This document shows, piece after piece, positions 26,111 through 39,300 of a stretch of 64,000 nt of DNA. This DNA comes from Mytilus edulis (taxonomy: Eukaryota), in the NCBI RefSeq assembly GCF_963676685.1, contig NC_092347.1, positions 24,428,001-24,492,000 of the forward strand, given 5' to 3'. The first letter of the stretch is position 1. Each line of letters starts with the position of its first letter. The position numbers were made by a program, and so were the translations under genes. Under the pieces are notes generated by a model. That model ran no database searches and had not been told where the DNA came from. It was given only the letters and a program-made list of their open reading frames with translations.

Positions 26111-29100
26111 CTCATATCAAAAACGTTATAAAGCCACGCCAAAAGACCGCAACCCAACTGACTCAAATGACTCAAGTAATCAAAAGACATTTGATTAAAA
26201 AAATAAACCCATTATAATGAAGTGTACTGATGGAATATCACGATACAAACATACAACACCACTTGTTCAATCAACATATAGCGTTATTCTATTTGAAATT
26301 GTAACGTTTATATGACCCCATCCTCCCTAAACAAACAGCCCAACCCATAGAAAATACAAACGACTATTAACAACCGTATTTAATGAGATGGTACGATTAG
26401 ATCTACATTTACTCAAAATATATCTTAACCGCATAAGTGATTTGACTTCATGGTAGCGCTCACTAAGTATTATTGTTATATTCATATGCACTTTCCTGGA
26501 TCTAGAATACTACCGCATCTTTTGTTTTGTATTCACTTCTAGAGTGTTGGAGGTCAACAGTCGTTCATCGATATTTGCAGTTTCTATGCCAAAAGAAATC
26601 CCTATCTACCTCTTTGTCTTAACAACTGAACGAAAAATGCCAGATGCAAACTTCATTCAACTCCGTAGACCTATATTGCGGGTTTGAACAAACAGTTCTT
26701 GTATAAAATCACCATCATTATCATCATCATAATCATTATCTGCCACGCAATAAGCATTTAGGAAAAATCGGTTTGCTAGAAGTCCAAATATAAATGTGTC
26801 TGAGCAGGCCAATCTGTCTTCAAACGAATGGTAACTTTTTGAGACAGCATCTTAAGAAGCTGACTCAGTTGCTGGCTTGGACTGGTATAAACTATTATCT
26901 TGATTGTGAAAGTCATTCTTCCTACCATTTGTACTTTACGGATTTCTTTGAAAGTCATCTTTTAGTTACGAAAATTGCAATTTGTATAATACTTTAACAC
27001 CAATGTTATCAAGGAAACATTGCTCTATATTTATAATTACTTGCATAATGTAAATAATGTATTTCAAGTCGTAAAACCACATTTGTTTTCTTATTAAATG
27101 AAATGATTTAATGCTTTGATCGTTCTTTTATTTTACAATCTTCCTTGAATTTCAATTAAAACAGAAATTATTTTCACCACAATTTCAAGACTAATAAAAT
27201 GGCATTCCTCTAACGACACAATTAAAACTATGACTACCACAAAAGCACAAACACGTCAATGAAACAGTCGATTATCGAAAGGAAAAGTTTATTACAGTGA
27301 GAAAACGAATTCCTTTACTGCATGATTCAAGCAATTTTAATTATTTTCTAATTAAATATGATTATCAAGGTGATATGTACCGATAGTTATAAGTTCGTTG
27401 CATATTTCTAGGTTGACCTTACAGAATAATCAGGGTAAGAATGGGAATTCCAAGGATGAATAAATACATGTAAGACAACATTACGTAAGAGTTCTTTAGT
27501 TACTTATAAAAAAATATATGGTAAACAAACTATTTTCTTTATATATTTTGCTTCATATTTACCTGGATAATTGATATTCTAGAACTTCATCTAATTTGTT
27601 TTTTTCACTATTGTGATAATGCGATTTCCTATGAAGCTCAGGAGGGTAAGGATATCAAACTCTGCATGCGATATACGTTATGTTGGATTGAAAATAATCT
27701 GGGTATCCGATTTTTAAACAATTTCCGCATGAGAACAGAAACATGACAACATTATTTTCTCAGGCTTAAAGCAGGAGACATAGACTTTGGTTCAATAATA
27801 TCAAGATAGGTTATGTATTCGTTGGTGTGTTTTTGGGATAAGATTTTTTATGTTCTTTCTACTTATAGGTTGTCTGGAACCACCATTGTCCTTTATTTAA
27901 GATTAACATTGTCGCTTAGGTACTCTTCTTTCTCTTTTGTGTGACGGAATGGAAAAGGCTGATAACAGTTAATATAAGTGACGAGTTCGTTTAGGTTAAA
28001 CAATAAATGCATGTGGCATATATTTTGTAACAGTTTGTACCTTATATATGTCTATTTAAACTTAGCCTCGAACATCTAAAATATTTCACAATGCTTCTTG
28101 AAAGTAAAATATGTTGATACATAAGGTGGGCTCCCTACTGCAACCACTTTAAAGCGTAAATATGTTCCTAACTTCAACTGCTTAATAGCTAATGTGTGCT
28201 CCATTGATACTATCTCTGTAACATATTGTTTGAATAAAACATTGTTGAGTATTTTGTAAATATTCACTGTCTTTTTATAAACTTAATGTTACGTTGTTTA
28301 TTATTGTATTGTGTGATAAACTAAAGAAAACCTTACGTAATGTTTGATGCTGTAATTTAATATAAAATGAAATATGTAATATAATCTTCGTGTATAAACA
28401 TGTATCAACCCAATTGGATTCAGCTAAATAATGTACTAAATTTAAGTGAATAAACAAAATTTCTTAAATGTATCTGCATAATCAAAAGAGCTGTCGTTAG
28501 TGTCAACAACAATTAGGTGTGTGTCGTAGTCAATAGAAAATAAAGTTCAAATAGTTCTTGTGATGCAACTAATGTTTCCATTAAATGAATTTAATAATGC
28601 AACTCAACTGTAAGTTTATGACCAACAAATGTAGTATAATGGAAAGTGCCCTCCCGGGAGACAACTACATATTTATTCTACCCACTCCCGCATGAGAAAT
28701 GAATCGCTATCTGATGTGCTTAAGCTGTTAAATCTTATATACTATTGTACCTGCCTGTTAAAGTATGCATTTTAATGGGATATTGATATACGTGAACAGT
28801 GGGATAATTAATTTCACATATTCAAAATATTAGAAGATAACAAGATTATTCTCCTATCAATTTTGTTTAATATTCCATTGTAAGATGGACTGTGAGGATG
28901 TTTTATTACAGTAATATTACGAAAACAAACCATTAAATATCACTTAAGTTATTGACTACTTTAGGTCAAATTGGAGTGCAATTAACTTACTGACGGCTAC
29001 TTCTATACTTATATTACAATACATTTTTCACCATTGCGGATTAATAATATTGAATTGGTTTAAGAACAATATTTGCCTTTAAATGCGTTTCCTGAAATTA

Positions 29101-29324
29101 TGCTACGGATTATTAGCACCTCATCAATTTCATGTGTAAACAAAAGAAAAGGGACAAGTATGAACTCTGCATTCAGTCCTCTGACCATTAACGGATAAGC
29201 TAAAAGCCGATAGTTAGTCAGCAAATTACAAATAAAATCAACAGATTTTTCTCAATTGAACGTAACATTAAAAATAACCTACACAGACAGGTTCTGGGTC
29301 TTCTTTGCGATACTGAATTAATAC

Positions 29325-31673
29325 TGTAACGGATTTCGTCCTCGTTGTTCAACAGTTTTTGTCCCCTCCTCCTTTTCTCTTTTTATCAACAGTTAAATCT
29401 CCGTTTAACCGTATTGGATACTTATAAATTTTTGAATATGTTTCTTTTTATTAGAATAAGTTATCTTAGATATTTAACACTTAATCATATTGTTTTATGA
29501 ACAGTAACTTGAGCAAAGATAAGAATAACGTCAAGTCCCACCTGAAACTGAGTCGCCTTTCTATTTATTTTTGTACAGTGTTAATACAGAATTTCCTTAT
29601 ACTGGACCTACCTTTATATATTTGTTGACGATTGTAGTATGTTGTTTTAATCTCTATATATAATTATATTGAGTGAATTAGTTAACCTGGTCAAGTTTCT
29701 AGAGACTCAGAGTCTCTCTTTGTCCTTGTAATGTCCGCCAAGTCTACTGGAGTCGCTTTATCTTAAACCGTCAAAGTGCACTGTCGTGAACGGCAATATT
29801 ATGGTATTATTGCGTAACAATTTTCATATTGGCTTAGTTATAGGTCCGAGGGTACCATATTGGCCTGAGGCGAAGCCGAAGGCCAATATGGCTGCCCGAG
29901 GACCTATAACTAAGCCAATATGAAAATTGTTACGCAATGATACCTTTATTAATTAACCAGTCCAACACACGTAAATACACGTAATAATATCTTTATTAAT
30001 AAACTAAAGTGTTACAATATTTTTTTAATTTCATTTCAAAAGAGATAAATATTTTTACCTTGAAGTGGAACTATCCAAATCTCAGTTTGTTTCTTTTTAT
30101 TAGATGCAGGTGTCTTCAGCATTTTCTCATCTGATGAATTTTTCTACCCTTTTCAGTCACTATAAAGTGTTACAACTTAAATTTAGACGCAACACATAAA
30201 TAGTAATTGGAAAGGTACTGCCATTGCATGTGTTACGCAGAAACTAATTTAAAATCGATGTGTACAATCGTGAAATTATGAGGTCGTCAAGAAATGAACT
30301 TTGTGATAATCTACTCGTTCCCCAAACCTGAAACAGTTCTATCGTCTGCCTTCAAAATATCTTTTAAATGAATGTGACCGTCTTTCGCCAGAAATGTTTG
30401 CCATACTGACATTTTCAGCATGTTGAAGATAACTAAATGACAACTGCGTCTTCAAAACAACTGTTTACTTTCAGTTACTCTAGAGTTATCGGGATTTCAA
30501 CCGATTAGTCTAGAGCTAATCGAATATGCTAATATTGGGCTTGCTAAACCCGGGCCAATACGGAAAAATCCGTATTGGCCTTATAGGACAAAATTATCGA
30601 TTTGGCAGTTTTACTCGTATTTAGTCAAATAAGCTCCAGTTAATTAATAATACGTTGAAATAGTCTTTCGAGTCGCTTTTGACGTCAATATGAAATCTTT
30701 TAAGTCTTTTTGTTGTATAAATATTGAACTACCAATAAGCGCGTTAGTCGTGATCGGACTGACAAGGCAAAAGGTTGCTTACAATCACAAGCCTAAATAA
30801 TAAATCCTTTCTTCACTGTAACTTAGAATTTGAGTCTTGCACTTTTAAATCGTTAGGAAGTATTTTGTCAAAGTTTTACTTTATGTAAAACATAGATTTA
30901 TAATTTTATATTATAAGAGACTCTAAAGATCAGAGATCATTAGATGTACAAAAAGTTATATACTGAAAAGTAAAGAAAAGTCAGAAGCATAAAATATTCC
31001 ATATTTTATACAGAGACTCAACGACGCAGTCTCGAGTCTTAAATTCGCTATTCAAATAAGACGCCAATATAGTTTTTCTTCAGAGAAAGTAGCAGTTAAA
31101 GTTATTCTTGTATTATTTGTTTGATATACCAATAGTATAGAAACTGTATTTATTAACGATTCTTATATATTACGAAGTCAAATATTCACAAAAAGTACAG
31201 TAAAACCCGGAGTCGCAACTTATACATTTGAAGTCGACATAACTTATATAATTATAGAGATTTCTATAAATACTTGTTAATATAATTGTTTATTTAATAC
31301 ATGTGTATATAGAGCTTGACCAGAGTACTCACTAGCTTGCATACTATTTAAGTGTTATTTATTGTGTTGATCTGATGCAAAAAGAGATACACTATTGAAA
31401 TTGTCTGAATTACATATCTATAACTGATCATAGTAACACTTCATTAAATCATTAACTTTAAACGAATTATTTATTTCTGTCTTCTGAAACAACGCATAAT
31501 TAAATATAACTATTGGATTACAGGGTTGAGTTAACCCAAGAGAGCAGTCATTTGAAACAGTAGTAATTGCCGAGTATTAGTTTGTCTGACGGATTGTCTA
31601 GTTTTGTCAGTGGGTCAGAGTTTCACTTTAGGGTAACGAAAACGCTATAGCAACACCGAGTGAAAACGTTACA
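29325..31673. mobile_element. Solo LTR (Gypsy-like) with a nested hairpin element
   Basis: Termini TGTAACG...CGTTACA. 4-bp TSD ATAC at 29321-29324 and 31674-31677. Absent from the paralogous site near 21625. Confidence 0.8.
29799..30650 (-). mobile_element. Non-autonomous element with a 142-bp terminal hairpin (Crypton- or Helentron-like)
   Basis: Hairpin 29803-29944. 12-bp inverted repeat ttattaattaac (29946) / gttaattaataa (30639). Small hairpin ggccaatacgga..tccgtattggcc. Flanked by aata on both sides. Confidence 0.6.
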
Positions 31674-31696
31674 ATACGTATGTTAATATTTTTATA

Positions 31697-32030
31697 AAAA
31701 AAAAGTAAAATCACAAAAATACTGAACTCCGAGGAAAATTTAAAACGGAAAGTCTCTAATTAAATGTCAAAATCTAAAGCTCAAGCACATCAAACGAATG
31801 GATAACAACTGTCATATTCTTGATATGGTACAGGGATCTTTTTTATGTATAAAATGGTGGATTGAACCTTATTTTATAGCTTACAAAACCTCTCACTTGT
31901 ATGACAGTCGCATCAAATTCCATTATATTGACAACGATGCGTGAAAAAAAACCAAACAGACATAATAGGTAGAACTATCAATAATACAACAGTCAACATT
32001 GTGCTATAATCCTAATCCCTAAAAACAGTC
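31697..32030 (-). mobile_element. Dispersed repeat family (also about 38140-38290 and 58050-58480)
   Basis: Shared aaaatcacaaaaatactgaact...aaacgaatggataacaa. Absent from duplication copy 1. Confidence 0.65.
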
Positions 32031-32783
32031 CATACAAACATGAAAACCGTAGACCGTGTGTTTTTTTTTTAATCTGTCATGGTTTTTATTCCATGTCCTG
32101 TTTTTTTTTCATATTTTACTTTTCCAAGTATGGTTAGTTTTATCATTCAAAAATCCTTCTTTTACTCAGAGAAAATCTTCGTACTTTCAAATTCAATAAG
32201 TTAGTGGAGAATTTACATGCACTAAAGATTAACCAATTTGTTTATTTGTTAAAAAATCCTTCACCAGAGATAACTGGCCAAGGGGTAGACAACAATATGC
32301 GAATCCGCTATAGCACGAACCCTTAACACCAACCATTGTTTTTTTTTAAATCTTTCTGTTAAAATTCGTTGTGTTCTACACATTTGTAAACTAAGTAACA
32401 TCCGTATGGCGTACAGGAACCACATTTATTAGACCATCATTTATTGCTGATCGTCCATTATCATTCTTTTCGAAGATGATTGAAGTGTTTTGTTGAGGGC
32501 AATAAGTTTAATCAAGTATTTGTGTAGTTATTTCTATACAAATCCTTGGTTAACTTATGAACTATGTTTCTTGGTTTTTGTGTTGTTTTGTTGATAAACA
32601 CTTGGATTATTTGTACAATTTCGTTTTTTGGGCAATGCCAGATTAACTTGTCATAAGTAATACATTATGATACTGATCCTTTTATGTTCAGATGCACAAC
32701 AATAGGCCTAATGAATAAATAAATTAATAGCTTTCAAAGAACTCCAATTCTAACTTCATTGTTGAATTAAAGTTTGAAACATG

Positions 32784-33641
32784 CTATGTTACGCTGATTT
32801 TAACTTTTCTTTCCTTACATATATTACATAATGCTATTTTCAAAAGATGTTCTTTGTAAACCTCTTTTTTATACAGAATCCGAAGCTCTTTGAAGTCACT
32901 AGAAAGTACATACGACTGATATGTTACATGTGTAATGTTGATGTGTAAGTATTTACAATCTGCCCATGTTGGATTCATTCTGTAGACTCGCATATAGTGT
33001 ATTAACTTTTGGCACTGTCCTCTAGAAAGTTTAAAAAATGATGCTTTAAAAAGTTTATTGGGTTTTACAGATGATTTATCGGGTGATGACCGGAACTCCT
33101 CCAATAGTTTTATGATACTAGTAACAGTCTGTGGTGCACTTTGCCTGACAAATGAATGACATTCAAGCAAGATATATAGTTTCTGAAAAAAAATATTAGA
33201 AGAATGGGTAATAGAGCTGCTGGTAGGTATAGTTGCATAGTTTGAATGAACGGCTGACAATATTGCTTATTAACAAGTATCAATAGTCAACTGAATTAAT
33301 TAAAATCCATTGGTGGCCTTCTACTGTTGTCTGGTCTTTGGTCGGATTGATGTCTCTTCTACACATTCCCCGTATCCATTCTCAATTTTATTTATGGGAG
33401 TATGCAAAAAAGACCTTCATCATACTTTGAAAGAGAGAAACTGAAAAACATTTCCATATTAATACCGTCTGAGCCCAAAGCAGCCTCCTTCCCATAAAAA
33501 ACCCAATGTCCAGTCTTTGGAGGATAGTGTCTAGATGGAGGCAAAAGCCGTCCTTCAAAAACTTCTCATCAAACCCTTATCTTCATTCAAGGAAGAAAAG
33601 CTAATTATTAAGACTCCTGTTTTCTACCAAGTCATCACTAT
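32784..33641 (-). pseudogene. Decayed terminal exon of an unidentified gene (copy 2)
   Basis: Strong acceptor ttttctttattttcag at 33642. The 158-aa ORF remnant ends KISVT*. Homologous to 22445-23248. Stops, frameshifts and a repeat insertion are present. Confidence 0.45.
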
Positions 33642-34142
33642 CTGAAAATAAAGAAAATATACATCAGTAAAATGAAAGTATAACAAATCATCATAATTTC
33701 AATTGTTTTCACATTAATGAGTTTTTGTAATAGATAACATCAGTTTAAACCATCTAAATGAAACAGGATTTTGATAATTGCATTTACAAAGAAAAATAGT
33801 TTATATTAAAATTCCTTTGTTTTTGTTTTGATGAACATTAATATTACTCTCATGTTTCATATTATAACTATAAACACATAAGAAGGTCATGGCCAGTTTG
33901 TGAGGGATTCTGTTTGAATCTTTTATAGATGAAACGCGCGTCTGGCATAAACATAAAATTTTAATCCTGGTATCTATGATGAGTTTATATACGTAAGTTT
34001 CTATAAGTGATTGTTGTGACTTGTTAAGATTGGACTTTCTTTCTGGCTTTTCTACCTCAGGAATAGATTATCTTAGCTGTATTTGGCAAAACTTTTAGGT
34101 ATAGCTCCTAAACTTCATACTTTATTTGGTTTTTTATTCGAG

Positions 34143-34184
34143 CGTCACTGATGAGTCTTTTGTAGACGAAACACGCGTCTAACG
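34143..34184 (+). ncRNA. Type I minimal hammerhead ribozyme (intact core), family A
   Basis: cgtca CTGATGA gtct tttgt agac GAAAC acgc GTC taacg; one mismatch in stem I. Confidence 0.8.
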
Positions 34185-35789
34185 TAGTTACTAAATTTCA
34201 ATCCTGGTATCTATGATGAGTTAATCCGAACACAGTTAAAAAAAATAGGTCAGCTCAGGTTGAATGAAAAAGGAACATGCACAAAAAAGATTGCCACCAA
34301 GAACTTATAGTACCGTTTGCAGGTTAGGATTAGTCACCCAACATTAGTCGTCTGATAACCTGTTTAAGACATTATATTACCATTATGTTGTGAATGTGCC
34401 AAAAACCTCCGTGTTCATGAATCTGCATAATGCATTGAAAAGTGTACTGTTCAGATCAATGTAAGAGGTTTTGGTTAGTTTGTTTCTAACACAGCAGTTA
34501 GCTTACGATATTTAGATTTTTTGGTTTCAAGCATCACTGAAAGGACATTGGATATCGAAATGAGTATCTGGAAAAGAAAAATGATTATCGTTCATGTAAT
34601 TTGCTTGATCCCTTAAAATCAGCATCAGGTGAGGGATCAGTCACATTTAAGACCAGGTTTCAAGATAAGTTCCCTACCAAAATTTGATGCATTTTATGTT
34701 ATCATTTGTACGTTGTGATATTTTCCTAAAAATCCAAATTTAATTTTTTCAAAGAAAATTTATATCCCATTTGAGATGTTATATATTCCAAACAGATTAT
34801 AAAAGATATGCAATATCTTATTATCATTTAGACAAGTTGACTATCGGAGATACATTAAATTTCGCACGTCGATTCATAAAATTGAGAATGAAAATTGGAA
34901 ATGTGTCAGAGAGACAACAACCCGGCCAAAGGGCTCAAAACAGCAGAAGGTCACCTATGGTTAATCTGAAATTCAAATCACTATGTCCAAACTCCTTAAT
35001 TCCATGATTACGATTAAAGTAGTACATAAATATGATTACTATTCTACATTTTTCTTTATTTAGCATATAGTTAACTCTCCGTCATTGACAAAACTTGTAG
35101 TCAAGTTGTGTTTACATTGTTTGGAGTTATATTATATATTTCATGTACATAGTTTAACGTATGACAAAAAAAATCTGAAACAATTTTGCATTATAGAGTT
35201 TAAAATGCTTTTATAAGATTTGATGTTTTGTATGGGATAATGATGTATAACCTCCAAAGTTTACGATTTCACAAATAATCCAAGGATATAGAGATTAATT
35301 GTACAATTCTAGAAGGTATAATTATCTGTATTGTATAGAATACTTATTCCTTTCTCAATTTTATTATTATCTATTTGTTAAATATATTAGTTTAAACATT
35401 TGAATTAACTGATTTTTTTTGGAAAGGGTAATGTCAAAACATAACAGATATCACATAAAATGCAGGAGGGTTTTACTTTTTCGACACGTTTTGATCTGAA
35501 ACCGTTATGAGAAGTGTGATTCCAAATATTTTTTCACACATTTCGTCTGTTTTATGTAATGACTTGTAATAACTAAATTTGTTTTGATGTACAATATTCT
35601 AATTTATGTCATGAAAAAAAGACGAGCGCTGTGTTCAAACAGCTAATATTCTTATATTTATTGATGTTATGTTCTAGACGTGTTTGTAAGCACAAAAATA
35701 ATTCAGATTTGTTTTAGCACAATTGCACAAATATCGAAAATGGTACTACATGTATTCTTATGATTTTTATTTTTGCCTTACTTTGTGTC

Positions 35790-36030
35790 GAATAGTTATC
35801 AAAGGTACCAGGATTATAATTTATAGTACGCCAGACGCGCGTTTCGTCTACATAAGACTCATCAGTGACGCTCATATCAAAATATTTATCAAGCCAAACA
35901 AGTACAAAGTTGAAGAGCATTGAGGATCCAAAATTCCAAAAAGTTGTGCCAAATACATCTAAGGTAATCTATGCCTGGGATAAAAAAATCCTTAGTTTGT
36001 CGAAAAATTCAAAGTTTTGTAAACAGGAAA
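35790..36030 (-). mobile_element. Hammerhead-bearing dispersed retro-repeat (Penelope pLTR/retrozyme-like). Other copies at about 165-370, 2710-2900, 17680-17780, 23960-24060, 26035-26135, 33915-33990, 34045-34225, 34500-34590, 36697-36875, 38750-38840, 44710-44850, 50745-50865
   Basis: Shared sequence ...ctcttcaact...gagcgtcactgatgag...gaaacgcgcgtctggcgta...aatcctggta..., with a common 3' end and variable 5' truncation. Confidence 0.7.
35829..35870 (-). ncRNA. Type I minimal hammerhead ribozyme (intact core), family A
   Basis: Minus strand reads CGUCA-CUGAUGA-GUCU(uaugu)AGAC-GAAAC-GCGC-GUC|UGGCG: complete core, stems I and II, and a palindromic minimal stem III. Confidence 0.85.
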
Positions 36031-38987
36031 GATGGTTTAACCCCTGCATTTTAATTTGCAAAAGTCATCCCTCCATTGCACTTGATAACAATTATCTGAT
36101 TCATTGATATTCGTAATGTTTTAAGATTAAGCTTTTAGAAATTCTGTTTCTATAAGTGCAAAGTTAAGAAGCATTTTTCTAAGAATCTGTATTTTATTTA
36201 GGTCGGAGTATAGCTGATTCCATTTTCCCTGTTAATCCAGATGATTCAAAACTTTCCGGTCTGTCTACCTAAATCTTTGACCAATTAATGTTTGAACTGC
36301 TTCCACTCATTTTTCATCGACTTTTCGAAAACTTGAGATTCATCACAAGAAAAAAATATTATAAATTGATAATTTCGTACTTAATCCCAGAAAGTTTAAC
36401 ATTCGATAATAATGTGCTTATAAAAAGTAACGAATTATGGCGGGACACACTTAAGCTTCTACTATGACATACTTGCAATACAATAACAAACGACAGAGAA
36501 TAACCAAAGTCGTTCCCTTGCATGAGCCTTAAGTATGTCTCTAAATAATTCGTTATTGCTTGCTGTACTATTTCGTATACATTTGGTACTATTTGTTGTA
36601 CATTTATAGCACAAATGTTTACTTTAATATATTATAACCCCCAGAAATATACTCATCGCTAAAACTTCTTCTTACTCCCATCCATATTTGTCCGTAAATA
36701 AACTCATCATAGAAACCAGGAATTCATTTATTATTTACGCCAGACGCTTGAATCCTAAAAAGTTAAAAAGGTCAAATTAATTACGAAGTTGAAGAGCATT
36801 GAGGACCAAAATTCCTAAAAGGTTTGCCAGATACAGCTAAGCTAATCTATTCCTGAAGTAGAAAAGCCTTAGTGATCTTCTTTTTCAGCTAACAAATGTA
36901 CACTGCCTTCTTATTCTGTATTTTTCTCTCTTTGTGCTGTTTATTATATACTTCTTTTCAATGCAGGGACCTAGATTCTTTAAAGATAGAAATAAAAAAA
37001 CAAGAAGTTTTGAAGAGGTTGCATGATTTTGAGTTGTTGAAAAGCATTGAGGCACACCCTTTTTGTTGAGATTTTATTCAGTCTTTCTATTGTCTTGTCA
37101 TAGCAATATTTTACAAAGTCTACTGCTGTCTAAAAGCCTTTTTTCTGAAGTCGATTTACTTATGAATATAAAATACGTAGATGTTTATAAAATTGCATTA
37201 CTGTACTGAATGTTAATGTTCCATCTTGGTATTTAAAAAAAGTGATATATAAACTAAACCAACAATAACAAAAATCACATTTTCTTTCAACTCCTAATGA
37301 CAATTGGAATCCCACTTGGGCATAATCATTCCTAGTTATCCTAGTTTAAGAAGAGTTTATGGATTTGATATAAAGTTTGAAGAATTAAGGTTATCAATTA
37401 ATTGAAATACAATCTAAATCATTACTTTTTATGAGATCTCCAGATGAAAATTTGCTTCAAAATTTTATATAGAAAATTAAACTTGGTATAATCAGAAGTT
37501 ATTCAAAGGGGAACAACTAGTTCTGGAATCACTGTATAATTGTAATGCTATGGTTGTTTGAGTTGATTTACATTTCGTATTAGATAGTTCGTCGTAGGAG
37601 CTTGTAATAAAGTCATCATATTACAGGTAATCATAAGTACCCAGTGCAGGTGCTATATTTGAAAATGCAATGTCAATTCACAGTTTCTCACATATAATGA
37701 CTTTTTCGGATAGAAAGGTGTAAATTTGATTCAAAACACATTCCAGGCAAAACTGTAAAGTCCGGAAAACCATTTTTCATATGCAATTCTACTAGATACA
37801 AAGAAACCATTTATGACTCTGCGGAAATCTTGTTTATAACATACGATGTGATATTTATGTTATTCTCTAATATATCACGAGCTGGATAAAATGTAAGATA
37901 AGTCTTTCTACGCAAATTTTGACATTTTGTATTACACATTGAATCATAGATGGGTCTTGAAGTAAATTTATTTGTTTGTTATTTTCTATACAGATTTAAT
38001 ACAGACTGTTGTCAGAACTTCAAGGAAAACTGAAATTGTTTAAGTTTTCTATCGTCGAGTAATACCATTGCTATATTGCTATCCAACCCACAAGACTATC
38101 TTTAAATATATAAAAAAATGCTTTCCACAAAATGCAAGTAAAAAGTAAATAAAAACATTCCGAACTACGAGGAAAATCCAAATTAGAAAGTATGTAATCA
38201 ATGGAAAAAAACAAAATTTCAAACATATCAAATGAATGGATAACAAATGTCATTTTCCTAATATGGCACAGTCATTATCTTGTGTAAATAAATATTACAA
38301 CTCGATTTCCTCTCAGCCAAAACAAGAGCCATTACTGAAACCACAAATTTTCACAAGGTTTATGTCTGCTCCTGATGTTCTTACTAAGTGTATTTGTTTG
38401 TTTGTCAAATGCATGCACTTTTTAGACTGATAATGAGATCTGGAAATTAAATCTTTCTGTATGCTTTCACGCCTTTTTTAACTGTTTAGTCTGGCTAGTA
38501 TAGTGGATAACTTTATTATTAGTATCTCGACATCTTTTATTATTTGATAACATTTAACAAATACAATCATGAACAGGTTACCTGGTAGAATGTGTCTGTA
38601 TCTCAACTAACTAGCCACATTTTGTTGCTTTTATAAAATTTAAGCAATGTATGCAAGACTCAGTATGCTACCTTTTAAGGTTTTTTGTCAATGTATTTTG
38701 TTGTTTTAATTTTGTCAGCTCTTTAACGCTTGCATTATTGTTTTGTTTTAAATTTTTCAAATATTTTGGCCTTTACCATCACTAATGAGACATTTGTTGA
38801 TGCTACTGCACAATTGGTGCAGTTTAAGTATTATCGTTACTATTTTGATATGTTGTTATTTGTACATGGGTTCACTACGCTTGCCTTTTGGATATTGCTT
38901 ACATATGAACAGAGAGACTGAAGTTGCATGTAGAATGTTTCTCACCTTTTTATCTTGTTTTTGATCTGGTTTTATCGATAAGGATTA

Positions 38988-39300
38988 TAGGCGAGTGACT
39001 TATTTCAAAAAGACGCTTACTAGTTAACGACTTTAATGTACCCACCTAACACGCGGCTGTATTATATATCATTAGAAAGCTGATAATCTGTACTTTTTGT
39101 TTTGCCAGGTCGTAAAAAAATCGTACGGTGGATTTTCTGTTAAATCAAGGTCAAAGGTCTCAAATAAAACTCCAATTTTTGCGAAAACTAAACAAAAAGC
39201 TATTTTATAGTTCTTGTACCATTAAAATTTTCAAAAAGATCATATGAAAGTTATATAATATGATACATTATTTTCAAATCAAACAAAAAATAAGATGTTA
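38988..39300 (+). mobile_element. Terminal fragment of a second Academ-like element
   Basis: Starts TAGGCGAGTGAC and shares the subterminal blocks gcggct.ta and gtcgt.aaaaaatcgtacggtg with the left end at 13497. The partner end was not found. Confidence 0.55.

Larger units (their letters stand above)
25845..36416 (+). repeat. Segmental tandem duplication, copy 2 (expanded by insertions)
   Basis: Colinear with 17490-24727, with extra insertions at about 29325-31673, 31697-32030, 33300-33390, 33915-33990, 34045-34225 and 34760-36050. Confidence 0.92.

Noticed and set aside
35714-36107. Short ORFs such as MSVTDESYVDETRVW (also MATSITEETSVVEMRIW at 50612-50818)
   Set aside because: Chance translations of the hammerhead repeat, not proteins.
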